Below are positions 36,691-46,350 of a DNA stretch of 64,000 bases, in pieces; position 1 is the first letter of the stretch, and each line of letters opens with the position of its first letter. Where the stretch lies: contig BTVV01000002.1 in the NCBI GenBank assembly GCA_045863855.1, positions 32,001 through 96,000 of the forward strand, written 5' to 3'. A program made the translations under genes and the position numbers. This DNA comes from Planctomycetota bacterium (GTDB lineage Bacteria > Planctomycetota > SZUA-567 > H5-PLA8). Under the pieces are notes generated by a model that saw only the letters and a program-made list of their open reading frames with translations, did not search any database and was not told the origin of the DNA.

Positions 36691-37563
36691 ATGCTTCAAG
36701 ATGCGCCCATGGCGGACTTCGAGATCGCGCGCCTGGTCGTCGCGCTGTACCAGGAGAAAGGGCACCGCTACCGCTTCCGCGGCGAACGCCACGCGGGACT
36801 GTGGGAGTTGTTCTGCCTCGACCGCGGCCGCGCGTTCGTGCGCGTCGGCACGCAGCGTTTCCAGGCGCGCCCCGGCGATGCCTTTCTGTATCCGCCCGGC
36901 GCGTTCCACCAGCATCAGGCCACGCGCGGGCAGGCGCCGCATTACTTCACGGTCGCGTTCACGGCGCGGCACGCGGGAATCCTGAAGTGCCTGTGCGGGC
37001 GGGCGTGGAATCTGCCGGGGCCGCTGCGCGCGCCGTTGGCGCGGTTGGTGGCCGAGGAACCTCAACGGCTGGCTGCCGGGACGCTGCGCCGCGCGCTGCT
37101 GGCGCAGTTCCTCGCCGAATGGCTGCGTCTGGCGGAGGGCGCCGCGCCGCCGCGCGCCGAAACCTCGGCGCCGCGCGTGACGTATCACGAGAACGCCGCT
37201 CAGGCCGCGGTCGCCCGCGCACTGGGGTATATCGACGCCCACCCGGACGAAGCCGTGAGCCTGGAAGCCGCGGCGCGCGCGGCGGGCGTCTCGCCGCCGT
37301 ACTTAAGGCAGCTTGCGCGGGCCGAACTGGGGCACAGCTTGCGCGAAGAAGCCAAACGCCGCCGCGTCGCGCGCGCCAAGCACTTGCTCAGCCACGGCAC
37401 GGGCAACGTGAAGGAAGTGGCCGCGGCCGTGGGCTACGAGGACGTGAGCGCCTTTACGCGCGCATTTCGGCGAGTGGAAGGTCTGGCGCCGCGCGCATAC
37501 GCGCGAACGATCGCCGCGCGCGGGCCGACGCCGCTGCCCGAGTGGTTCAAGAAGCGGCGTTGA
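36691..37563 (+). CDS. AraC family transcriptional regulator
   Basis: Cupin (ERH..WEL, PGAFH); VKEVAAAVGYEDVSAFTRAFRRVEGLAP. Confidence 0.9.
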   Translation: MLQDAPMADFEIARLVVALYQEKGHRYRFRGERHAGLWELFCLDRGRAFVRVGTQRFQARPGDAFLYPPGAFHQHQATRGQAPHYFTVAFTARHAGILKCLCGRAWNLPGPLRAPLARLVAEEPQRLAAGTLRRALLAQFLAEWLRLAEGAAPPRAETSAPRVTYHENAAQAAVARALGYIDAHPDEAVSLEAAARAAGVSPPYLRQLARAELGHSLREEAKRRRVARAKHLLSHGTGNVKEVAAAVGYEDVSAFTRAFRRVEGLAPRAYARTIAARGPTPLPEWFKKRR

Positions 37564-37578
37564 ACAGGGGCTCCCCGC

Positions 37579-39717
37579 TTAGCCCATCCGGATCGCGTAG
37601 CCGTGCTTGTGGCCCAGCCAGAGCGCGATGAGCGTCCAGAAGACCGCGGCCAGCGCTTCGCCGATGACGAGCCCGATGAAGAAGCGGCGCGACTCGTTAT
37701 AGAGTTTCATCCCGCCGAACTTCGAGACGAGCCATTTGAAGAGCCAGCCCAGGAAGAAGGCGAACCAGAGCCGGTCGATGGTCCCGGCCATCCAGAGCAC
37801 GTATCCGGAAGGGTGCGGCCACCAGAACAGGAAGCGCCGCGCGGCCACGAACCCCGCCAGCACCGTCGCGCCCACGGCCATCCAGGCCAGCTTGTTCCAA
37901 TCGCGCTGCGCTTCTTTGGGCCGCTCGGAAAGGGGGATCTGCTTGCCCTGCGCCGACGCCTCGGCTTCTTTCTTGGCGTAGCTGTCGACCTTGGCCGAGA
38001 TGCGCCCGATCCGTTCGGCTTCGTCGCGTGGATACGGGTTGAAGAACCAGCCGAACCCGTTCACGCCGCCTTGGGTGTACGCGATGGTCAGGAACGTCCC
38101 GAAACTCAAAGCCAGCATCAACGCCACGGCCGCGGCCATGCCGCCCAGCGCGTGCGTCCCGCGCAATCCGGCGGTGCGCGCGAGATGCAAGCAGTTCATG
38201 ATGTGCGGCAGCGGCACGATGCGGTACCAGTCGGCGCTGAACATGCGGTCCCAGATCGTGAGCATCACGGTGTTCTTGGCGCCCATGACCGTCGGCGGAA
38301 CCGCCGCATGCAGGATCTGCACCGGAAAGTTGGCGAACTGCATCGAGAAGACGCCGGCCTCCGCGACCAGCCGCGCCAGACCGGTCATGACCAGGATAAA
38401 GAGCATCACGATCGCCACGCCGTAGTACCACGTCACCCCGGCCCACGAGAGCCACGTCACCGAACCGATCGCGCCCAGGGCGAAAATGCCCCAGAGCAGG
38501 CGCGGCGAGGGCTCTCCCGGCCGTTCTTCGTACGGTTCGCGGCCCAGCGCTTGCCGCAGCGTGCGGCCCAGTTCGCTGCGCGCCGCCCAGAAGCCCAGCA
38601 GCACCATGGCCAGCAGCGCTCCGGCGCCCTGCGCGTTGTACGATTCGTTCAGCACCGCGCCGCCGTGCGTCGTCATCAGCGCGAGGTTGCAGAGTTTCTG
38701 TACGACGTAGAAGAACCAGAGGCTGAAAGCGACTTCCAGCGAGAGCAGGTAGGTCAGCCCCACGATGGACGGGAAAAAGTGAAAGTGGATCGAGCCCAGG
38801 TTGTTCCACGGCGGCTCGGTCAGGTACTTGGTGTTCCAGTTCCAGTTTTCCAGGGGGAAGGTCGGCACGTTGGGATAGTAGGAGTTCAACGCGTTGACGC
38901 TGTGAACCAGGAACGTAGTCAGGATGCCCAAACGCGCCAGCCCATGCGAGAGGAACGGCTGCGATTTGCCGCTGGGATCGCCGACGCCCGCGAGCATCTC
39001 CTCGGGCACCTGAGCCATGGGAAAGGGCAGGCGTTCCTGCTCCGACCAGCGTTTGTGCAGCAGCGCCGCGATCGAGAACCACAACCCGTACATGCACGCG
39101 ACCACGATGCTCCAGCGCCAGTACGGACCCCACCACGCCGCCCATGGCACCGACTGCCCCTGTGGCAACCCCGTATAGAACCATTCCACCGGCCGCGGTT
39201 CCGGTGAGCTGGGGTCGAGCGGATCGCTGGGGAAGAATCCGGGACTTAAAAACGGGTGAACCAGTTCGGTCAGATTGTTCTCAGGCCTCGCGTGGAAAAT
39301 CGGACCGGTCACGCCGGTGCTGAAGAAGGCCCAGAAGCCCACTCCCGGCACCGCGTAGACGACGTACGTCATCACGAAGACAAGGGTCAAGTCCTGCCGC
39401 GTCAGTCCCAAAGAGCGCCCGGCCATACGGACTGCGATGTTCAGGCCCACCACCAGGAGCAGCAGGTAGACCACCGGAAGCATCGGGAACGAGTTGAAGC
39501 TGAACCAGCTCGCCGCCAGCACGAAGTCGCTGTAGGGCACAAAGACGCTGAGGATCAAGATGCCGATAAGCGCCACGATCCAGCCGCGCCACGTCGGGGC
39601 TTCGGAGACGTGTGCCTGCAAGCCCTGCAATTGATCCAGGCGATCGCGCGCGATCTTGGGGCCTTCGCGCCACGGATGGTCGCTGGGATCGCTGGAAGGC
39701 TGTTCGGCTTCAGGCAT
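37579..39717 (-). CDS. DUF6785/DUF6784-like polytopic membrane protein, putative transporter (paralog 3)
   Basis: About 712 aa, many TM segments; W...ERLPFP, FSLWFF, RLVAEAG, WWPHP.GY, FFIGLVIGE. Confidence 0.8.
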   Translation of the reverse strand: MPEAEQPSSDPSDHPWREGPKIARDRLDQLQGLQAHVSEAPTWRGWIVALIGILILSVFVPYSDFVLAASWFSFNSFPMLPVVYLLLLVVGLNIAVRMAGRSLGLTRQDLTLVFVMTYVVYAVPGVGFWAFFSTGVTGPIFHARPENNLTELVHPFLSPGFFPSDPLDPSSPEPRPVEWFYTGLPQGQSVPWAAWWGPYWRWSIVVACMYGLWFSIAALLHKRWSEQERLPFPMAQVPEEMLAGVGDPSGKSQPFLSHGLARLGILTTFLVHSVNALNSYYPNVPTFPLENWNWNTKYLTEPPWNNLGSIHFHFFPSIVGLTYLLSLEVAFSLWFFYVVQKLCNLALMTTHGGAVLNESYNAQGAGALLAMVLLGFWAARSELGRTLRQALGREPYEERPGEPSPRLLWGIFALGAIGSVTWLSWAGVTWYYGVAIVMLFILVMTGLARLVAEAGVFSMQFANFPVQILHAAVPPTVMGAKNTVMLTIWDRMFSADWYRIVPLPHIMNCLHLARTAGLRGTHALGGMAAAVALMLALSFGTFLTIAYTQGGVNGFGWFFNPYPRDEAERIGRISAKVDSYAKKEAEASAQGKQIPLSERPKEAQRDWNKLAWMAVGATVLAGFVAARRFLFWWPHPSGYVLWMAGTIDRLWFAFFLGWLFKWLVSKFGGMKLYNESRRFFIGLVIGEALAAVFWTLIALWLGHKHGYAIRMG

Positions 39718-39820
39718 AAGGTTACTTCGATAGCCTTCCCAAGCCTGTATCGCAAGCACAAGCCGCGAATTACGCGAGCCGACCGGCTCCCTTCGTGCGC
39801 CGAACCGAAGAAAGTACCGC

Positions 39821-41977
39821 TCAACTGATCCTGATCACGTGGCCTTCACGATGGTTTTTAAGGATGAAGATGAGGACCCAGAGAACCGCGGCCAGCGCCT
39901 CGCCGACCACCATGCCGATAAAGAAGCGACGTGCGGCGGAATAGATCCGCATCCCGCCGTATTTGCTGATCCCGAATTTGAACAACCAGCCCAGAAAGAA
40001 ACTGAACCAGAGCATGTCATGCGGAAACCACGCCATCCACATCACGTATCCTGCCGGATGCGGCCACCAGAAGATAAAGCGCCGCAGCACCGTGAAGCCC
40101 GCCATGACCAACCCGCCCACGCCGATCCAGGTGAGCTTAACCGTGTCGCTGCGCGCTTCCTTGGGAATCTCCTCCGGCGGGATGCTCTTCCCGCTTTGGG
40201 CCGCTTGAGCCTGCTTCTTCTCCCACGCCTCGACCTTCGAGGATACTTTCCCGATCGTCCCGAACTCGCTCTGCGGATAGCCGTTGAAGAACCAGCCGAA
40301 CGTATTGGCGCCGCCTTTTGTGTAGACCGTGTTAAGGAAGGTGAAAAAGCTCAGGCCAAAAGTGAGCATGATCGCGACACCCATGCCGCGGAAGACCGTC
40401 CGCTTGCGCAGTCCGGTCAGGCCCGAGAGATGCAAAGCGTTCAGGAGTCCCGGCAGCGGGACAATGCGGAACCAGTCGGCCGTGAAGATGCGGTCCCAGA
40501 CGAACAGCCGCACCACTTGGGCCTGCCCCAGAGCCGCGGGGGACGCGGCGAAGTTCAGCAGGTGGATCGGGAAGTCGTAGAATTGCGCGGCGAAGACGCC
40601 CGCTTCAGCGATCAACCGCGCCAGCCCGATCATCACCAGCACGAAGAGCAGCAGAATCGTAATAGCCCAGAACGGCCCCACGCCGAACCAATAGAGCCAG
40701 GCCACGGTTCCCGTGAAGCACATGACCAGTCCGGCCCAAAGCGACCTCGGGGAGAGGTCTCCTTCGTGCGCTTCGTAGCTTTCGCGTCCCAGCGCCTGGC
40801 GCAGCGTCTTGCCCAGTTCGCCGCGCGCCGCCCACAATCCGACCAGTACCAGCATCAAGAGCGCGCCGCTGCCCTGCCCCACGCGAGCGTCGGCCACCAA
40901 GCCTTGCCCGTACGCCGGCGCGAAGATCAAGTTGCTCAACTTCATCACGCCGTAAAAGAACCAGAGGCTGAAAGCGACTTCCAGCGAGAGGAGGAACGTC
41001 AGCCCCACGATGGACGGGAAGATGTGCATGTGCAGCGTGCCGATCTGGCTCCACGGCGGTTCGGTAAGGTATTTGCCGTTCAGTCCCGGGTTCATCAACG
41101 GGAGTTCGGGAATGTTCGGATAGAACGAACTCATCGAGTTCCAAGAATGGATCAGCAGCGTGATCCCGATGCCCCACAACGCGATGCGGTCTTTCAAAAA
41201 CGGTTTGTCCTCGGAGCCGGTTTGACCGTAGCCCGAGAACATCTCGAACGGTACCTGCGCCACCGGGAAGGGGAGCCGCTCCTGGTCGCTCCAGCGTTTA
41301 GAGAGCAGCCCCGCGATGCTGAACCAGAGCCCGTACATCAAGGCCACGACCACCAGCCAGCGCGCATACGGCCAAGCCCAGGCTTCCCAAGGCACCGACT
41401 GCCCCGGCGGGAGTCCGGTGTAGAACCATTCCACCGGGCGCGGTCCGGCGGCATCGGCGCTCGCGGGATCCTTCGGAAAGAAGCCGGCGGTCAGGAACGG
41501 CTGCACGGTTTCCACCCAGCCGTTTTCGGGCCGCGCGTGGAAATAGCCGCCCGTCATCCCGGTGCTCCAGAACGCCCAGAAACCCACGCCGGGAATCGTG
41601 TACGTCACCATCGTCATGCAGAAGACCAGCGTCAGGTCCTGCCGCGTCAGCCCCCAGTGCTTGCCCACCAGCAGCGTGGCGATCTGCGCCGTCAGCAGGA
41701 TGCCGAAGACAAGCGTCACCGAGAGCATCGGGAAGGCGTTGAACGAGAGGGGCGTGCCGCGCATCACGAAATCGGTATAGGGAATGACTGCGGCGATGCC
41801 GCCGGTGGCCAGCAGCCCCAGCATCCAGCCGCGCCAAGTCGCGCCTTCGGCCTTCACGCCGGCGCCGAGTTGGCGCTCCAGTTCGGTCAGGGCGATGCGC
41901 GGGCCCAAGCGAAAACGGCCGGCCGGTGCGGCGCCGCTGGAGGATTCGGGTTCGGAGTGTGGTTCGGGTTCGCTCAT
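39821..41977 (-). CDS. DUF6785/DUF6784-like polytopic membrane protein (paralog 2)
   Basis: 718 aa; same motifs as its neighbours. Confidence 0.8.
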   Translation of the reverse strand: MSEPEPHSEPESSSGAAPAGRFRLGPRIALTELERQLGAGVKAEGATWRGWMLGLLATGGIAAVIPYTDFVMRGTPLSFNAFPMLSVTLVFGILLTAQIATLLVGKHWGLTRQDLTLVFCMTMVTYTIPGVGFWAFWSTGMTGGYFHARPENGWVETVQPFLTAGFFPKDPASADAAGPRPVEWFYTGLPPGQSVPWEAWAWPYARWLVVVALMYGLWFSIAGLLSKRWSDQERLPFPVAQVPFEMFSGYGQTGSEDKPFLKDRIALWGIGITLLIHSWNSMSSFYPNIPELPLMNPGLNGKYLTEPPWSQIGTLHMHIFPSIVGLTFLLSLEVAFSLWFFYGVMKLSNLIFAPAYGQGLVADARVGQGSGALLMLVLVGLWAARGELGKTLRQALGRESYEAHEGDLSPRSLWAGLVMCFTGTVAWLYWFGVGPFWAITILLLFVLVMIGLARLIAEAGVFAAQFYDFPIHLLNFAASPAALGQAQVVRLFVWDRIFTADWFRIVPLPGLLNALHLSGLTGLRKRTVFRGMGVAIMLTFGLSFFTFLNTVYTKGGANTFGWFFNGYPQSEFGTIGKVSSKVEAWEKKQAQAAQSGKSIPPEEIPKEARSDTVKLTWIGVGGLVMAGFTVLRRFIFWWPHPAGYVMWMAWFPHDMLWFSFFLGWLFKFGISKYGGMRIYSAARRFFIGMVVGEALAAVLWVLIFILKNHREGHVIRIS

Positions 41978-42005
41978 CGTGCTCGAAAGTTATCAGGTCC
42001 AGGGT

Positions 42006-44156
42006 TCAACTGATCCAGATCGCGCGGCCGTCCTTGGTGCCGGCCAGCAAGTACACGAGACCCCAAACCGCCGCGGCCAGCGCTTCGCCCACGATCATGC
42101 CGATGAAGAAGCGGCGGGCAGCGGTATAGACCCGCATGCCGCCGTACTTAGCGATGCCCCACTTGCACGCCCAGCCCAGGAAGAAGCTGAACCACAGGCA
42201 CGCGATCGGGAAAGAGGCCATCCACATCACGTACCCCGCCGGATGAGGAAACCAAAAGACGAACTGGCGCAGAATCATAATCAGCGACATCGCCGCGCCG
42301 CCGGCGCCGATCCAGGCCAGTTTCGAAGTCGCCACGCGCGCTTCGGTGGGGGCTTCGCTCTCCGGCGCCTGTTTTCCTTCCTTTGCCGTATCCGCTATTT
42401 TCTTTTCCCACGCTTGCACGCGGCTGCTTGTGCGCGCATAGCCGTTCATGTCCATCTCGGGCTGATTCTTGTAGAAATACCCGAATTCCGTCGCGCCGCC
42501 CGACGTGTAGGTCGTATTCAAGACCACGAAAAAGCCCAGGCCCAGGCTCAGCGCTACGCCCAGGGCGATCCCTCCCATGGCCGATTTCCGGCGCAGGCCC
42601 AACTGGCCGGCCAGATGCAGTCCGTTGACGATATTCGGCAGCGGCACGATGCGGAACCAGTCGCTGGTGAAGACGCGGTTGAATGTCAGCAGGGGGACGA
42701 CGTTCTGCGCGCCCATGGCCGCCGGCGGAACGACGTAGTTCAGCAAATGAATCGGGAAGTCGTACACCTGCGCCGCCACGATCCCGGCCTCCGCCACCAG
42801 CCGAGCCAATCCGGTCATGACGATCATGAACAGCAGCACCATCGCGATCGCGTAGCCCATATCGATGCCGTACCAGATCAGCCAAGCCACCGCGCCGAAG
42901 AAACTCACGGCCAGCAGTAACCACAAACTCCGCGAAGTCGGATCGCCCGGCTGCGCCGTCTCGGGTTCACGCCCCAGCGCCTGCCGCAGCGACCGGCCCA
43001 ACTCGCTGCGCGCCGCCCAGACCCCCAGCAGCACGAGCATCAAGAGCGCTCCGGTACCTTGGTTGATGTAGGTCTGATCCACCGTCTCGGCGCCGTGCAT
43101 GGGCACGAAGATGAAGTTGGCCAGCTTCTGCAGCGCGTAAAAGAACCAGAGGCTGAAGGCGACTTCCAGCGAGAGCAGGAACGTAAGCCCGACGATGGTC
43201 GGGAAAATGTGCATGTGCAATCCGCCCAGCGCGTTCCAGGGCGGTTCGGTGAGGTACTTCGCCTGCAGATTCCAGTTGCGCAGCGGCAGTTCGGGCATGT
43301 GGCCCATGTAGGTTCCCGCCGCGTTGTAGCTCTGCAAAAGGAAGGTCAGCACCAGTCCCCAAAGGGCGATCCGGTCGGTGAGGAACGGCTTGCCTTGCGC
43401 GCCCGCATCCCCGAAGGGGCGCAGCATCTCTTCGGGCACCTGCGCGACCGGGAACGCCAGGCGTTCCTGGTTCGACCAGCGTTGGATCAACAGTCCCGCG
43501 ATGGCGAACCACAGGCCGTACATGCACGCGACGACCAGCATCCAGCGCGCGAACGGCCCCGTCCACGCGCTCCACGGGATTTCCTTACCCTCCGGCAGTC
43601 CCGTGTAGAACCACTCCACCGGCCGCGGTCCCGGGTCGCTCGGGTCGGCGGGGTCACGCACGAAAAAATCGGGGCTTTGGTGCGGCAGCAGCAGGTTTTC
43701 GAAGTCGTTCGCCGAAGATGCGTAATGATCGGCCGCGGTCATCTGGGTGCTCCAGAAGCTGAAGAACCCCGCTCCCGGAATCGCGTACATCACCATGGTC
43801 ATGCAAAAGACGAGTGTCAGGTCCTGCCGCGTCAGCCCGAAGGCCCGCCCGCAGACGGTGAGGCCGGCCAACAGCACGAGGGTCAGCGCCACCGAGAGCA
43901 TCGGGAATGCGGCGTAGGAGAAGGTGGAGCCGCGGTAGACGAAATCGGAATAAGGGATCAGCCACGTGATGCCGACAACGGCCAGGGTGCCCAACAGCCA
44001 GCCGCGCCAGGTCGCGCCTTCGGCGCTTTGAGTGGACTTCGATTCGAGGTCGGCCTGTTCCCGCGCCAACCGCGGCCCCAAACGGTAGTCCAGGGTGCCG
44101 CCTGCGCCAGCGGGCTCCGAAGTGCCGGGAGCGGACGTTTCGTCGTGATCGGCCAT
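42006..44156 (-). CDS. DUF6785/DUF6784-like polytopic membrane protein (paralog 1)
   Basis: 716 aa; same motifs; GAGG RBS. Confidence 0.8.
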   Translation of the reverse strand: MADHDETSAPGTSEPAGAGGTLDYRLGPRLAREQADLESKSTQSAEGATWRGWLLGTLAVVGITWLIPYSDFVYRGSTFSYAAFPMLSVALTLVLLAGLTVCGRAFGLTRQDLTLVFCMTMVMYAIPGAGFFSFWSTQMTAADHYASSANDFENLLLPHQSPDFFVRDPADPSDPGPRPVEWFYTGLPEGKEIPWSAWTGPFARWMLVVACMYGLWFAIAGLLIQRWSNQERLAFPVAQVPEEMLRPFGDAGAQGKPFLTDRIALWGLVLTFLLQSYNAAGTYMGHMPELPLRNWNLQAKYLTEPPWNALGGLHMHIFPTIVGLTFLLSLEVAFSLWFFYALQKLANFIFVPMHGAETVDQTYINQGTGALLMLVLLGVWAARSELGRSLRQALGREPETAQPGDPTSRSLWLLLAVSFFGAVAWLIWYGIDMGYAIAMVLLFMIVMTGLARLVAEAGIVAAQVYDFPIHLLNYVVPPAAMGAQNVVPLLTFNRVFTSDWFRIVPLPNIVNGLHLAGQLGLRRKSAMGGIALGVALSLGLGFFVVLNTTYTSGGATEFGYFYKNQPEMDMNGYARTSSRVQAWEKKIADTAKEGKQAPESEAPTEARVATSKLAWIGAGGAAMSLIMILRQFVFWFPHPAGYVMWMASFPIACLWFSFFLGWACKWGIAKYGGMRVYTAARRFFIGMIVGEALAAAVWGLVYLLAGTKDGRAIWIS

Positions 44157-44303
44157 GAATGATGTCTACCTCGTATACCTCGCCCAAGCGCCATCGCAAG
44201 CTCTGGCCGGGGTTAGATTAAAACGCGACGGGCAGCGGCACGGAGCGAAATAGGTTCAATCCTGCTTACATCCCGAAAGCAGGCGCGTTATCTTGAGTGA
44301 GCC

Positions 44304-45167
44304 ATGGACATCGTACTGGATATCCTGCGCGACCCGAAGGTGCTCGCGACGATCGAGATCTTTGCCGTCGCGTTCCTCGTGGTGGTGCTGGCGCGCTCGG
44401 TGCTGCGCCGGAGCAGCCTGCCGCCGGATCAGAAGGTTCGGATTCGGTCCCTGATTACCAGCGGCGCTTTTTTTATCGCTATCACGATCCTGTTCAGCAT
44501 CTGGGCGGATACGGTTCGCGAACTGTTGGTCGCGCTGACCGCCTTTGCCGTGGCGGGGGTGATCGGCAGCAAGGAAATGATCCTGTGCGTGCTGGGCTGG
44601 GTCTATAAAGTCTTTTCGAACACGCACCATACGGGCGACCGGATCCAGGTGGGAGACTTGCGCGGCGACGTAGTGGCCGTGCGGATCCTCAGCAGTACCC
44701 TGGCCGAGGTGGATAAGCAGACCGAGCAGAGCACCGGGCGGCTTGTCACGCTGCCTCACGCGCTCCTGCTGACCATGGCCTGCTACAACGAGTCGCAGGG
44801 CGAAGGCTTTCGCTGGCTTGAGTTCAGCGTACCGGTGAACGATGCGGCGGAAGTCGGCCTTGCGCGCGAGGTCTTGGAAAGGGTCGTAGAGCCGATTCAC
44901 CGGGAACATCGCGACACCATTATTCGGCGCAAGGATGAACTCGAAGAAGGCTTCGCGGTCAACGTACGCACCATCGAGCCGAAAGTGTATCTCTCGGTGG
45001 AAGGCGGCAAGCCCCTACTGATGCTGCGTATGCCGGTCTTGCCGCGGCGATTGCGCGATACCAAAGACCGTTTGGCGAACGACTACTTCCGTGAACTCGC
45101 CGTGGCTCAGGCCAAAATGAACGCCAGCAAGCCCGCTCATCCGAAAACAGAAGCCACCTCAAATTAG
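44304..45167 (+). CDS. Small-conductance mechanosensitive channel family protein
   Basis: Three TM helices, then GDRIQVGDLRGDVV...TGRLVTLPH. Confidence 0.85.
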   Translation: MDIVLDILRDPKVLATIEIFAVAFLVVVLARSVLRRSSLPPDQKVRIRSLITSGAFFIAITILFSIWADTVRELLVALTAFAVAGVIGSKEMILCVLGWVYKVFSNTHHTGDRIQVGDLRGDVVAVRILSSTLAEVDKQTEQSTGRLVTLPHALLLTMACYNESQGEGFRWLEFSVPVNDAAEVGLAREVLERVVEPIHREHRDTIIRRKDELEEGFAVNVRTIEPKVYLSVEGGKPLLMLRMPVLPRRLRDTKDRLANDYFRELAVAQAKMNASKPAHPKTEATSN

Positions 45168-45407
45168 ATTTTTAGGCGGCCCCTGGTCAGCCAGATTTAT
45201 CAAAGTGATATACAGTAAACGACACGGCTTAATATTATAACTATCTACTATTAATAGTTTTAAATGGCATTCTGAAACAAGAAACGCCACCCGTCCAGGA
45301 TGGCCTCCATTTTGATTACCTCAAACATTGGGTCAAAGCCGGCTCGACCTTGGGTCCGCGAAGTGGCTAGTGCCGGACGACGGAACGCACAAAAGGGAGC
45401 ATTGGAT

Positions 45408-45602
45408 ATGTATCGAATCTACGTTCCGTATGGGATAAGTCGAAAGCTGGAGGATCGCTTAATCGCGTCCATGCCTGAAGCACTGGCGACGGCTCAATCG
45501 ATTGCCACGGAATTGCAATACGAATGCCTGGTTATTCGCACCAATCAGATGGGATACGGACAGGTGGTGGCGGTGGTGGAAGCGGGCGGGCAGGTGCGGT
45601 AG
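45408..45602 (+). CDS. Small hypothetical protein (64 aa)
   Basis: GGGAG RBS, ATG, globular-looking sequence filling an otherwise empty gap; lower GC. Confidence 0.5.
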   Translation: MYRIYVPYGISRKLEDRLIASMPEALATAQSIATELQYECLVIRTNQMGYGQVVAVVEAGGQVR

Positions 45603-45727
45603 GTGACGAGTCTTGGGGAATAATCGTCGCCGGCTGCACGTTGGGCTTGCTCGAACCTCGCATCTTTGGGATGATGGTTCGGTGCGGCTGGATTCGCCGC
45701 GCCGGCTAAAGACGAGAGTCCGAAACC

Positions 45728-46315
45728 TTGAAGATCCTGATCGCCGACGACGAGCCCATCAGCCTCAAGTTCCTGGAGAGCCAGTTGCGCCGCTGGGGAC
45801 ATGACACGGTGGTGGCGCGCGACGGCCAGCAGGCTTGGGAGCTCTTCAATCAGGATCCCAGTTTGGGGCTGGCGGTGCTGGACGTGCGGATGCCGCAGAT
45901 CGACGGGCTGGAATTGTGCCGGCGGCTGCGCGCGGACGAGCGCTTCAAGACGCTGTACATCATTTTTCTCACCGGACTCACCGACAAGAAAGACATGGTC
46001 GAGGGCCTCGACGCGGGCGCCAACGACTATGTGGTCAAGCCGTTCGATCCGACCGAGTTGCGGGCGCGGATCGCAATCGGCGAGCGCATGGTCAACTTAA
46101 TGCACGAGTTGCAGCGTTCGCATGCCGAGATCCGGCAGTTGGCGACGTTGTTGCCGGTCTGCGCGTGGTGCCGCAAGGTCCGCAACGACGACGGCTATTG
46201 GAACGATCTGCAGCTCTATATCGTCGATACGCTGGGCACGAAGATCACGCACGGGATCTGCCCGTCGTGCAAGAGCGAGCAGATGAAGAAGCTGGCGCCC
46301 AAGAAAAAGACCTGA
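45728..46315 (+). CDS. Response regulator: REC domain plus C-terminal four-Cys domain
   Basis: KILIADDE, LDVRMP, FLT, KPF; C-terminal LPVCAWCRKVR...THGICPSC; TTG start. Confidence 0.9.
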   Translation: MKILIADDEPISLKFLESQLRRWGHDTVVARDGQQAWELFNQDPSLGLAVLDVRMPQIDGLELCRRLRADERFKTLYIIFLTGLTDKKDMVEGLDAGANDYVVKPFDPTELRARIAIGERMVNLMHELQRSHAEIRQLATLLPVCAWCRKVRNDDGYWNDLQLYIVDTLGTKITHGICPSCKSEQMKKLAPKKKT

Positions 46316-46350
46316 CTTGGCGTGGCGGGTCCGGCGGATACGCTGCGTGC

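Noticed and set aside
45170..45400. Replication origin in the AT-rich gap
   Set aside because: No TTATCCACA-like boxes seen and no dnaA or dnaN nearby.
45835..46350. N-terminal extension of the DUF2238 ORF
   Set aside because: Out-of-frame overlap with the response regulator; low-complexity translation.
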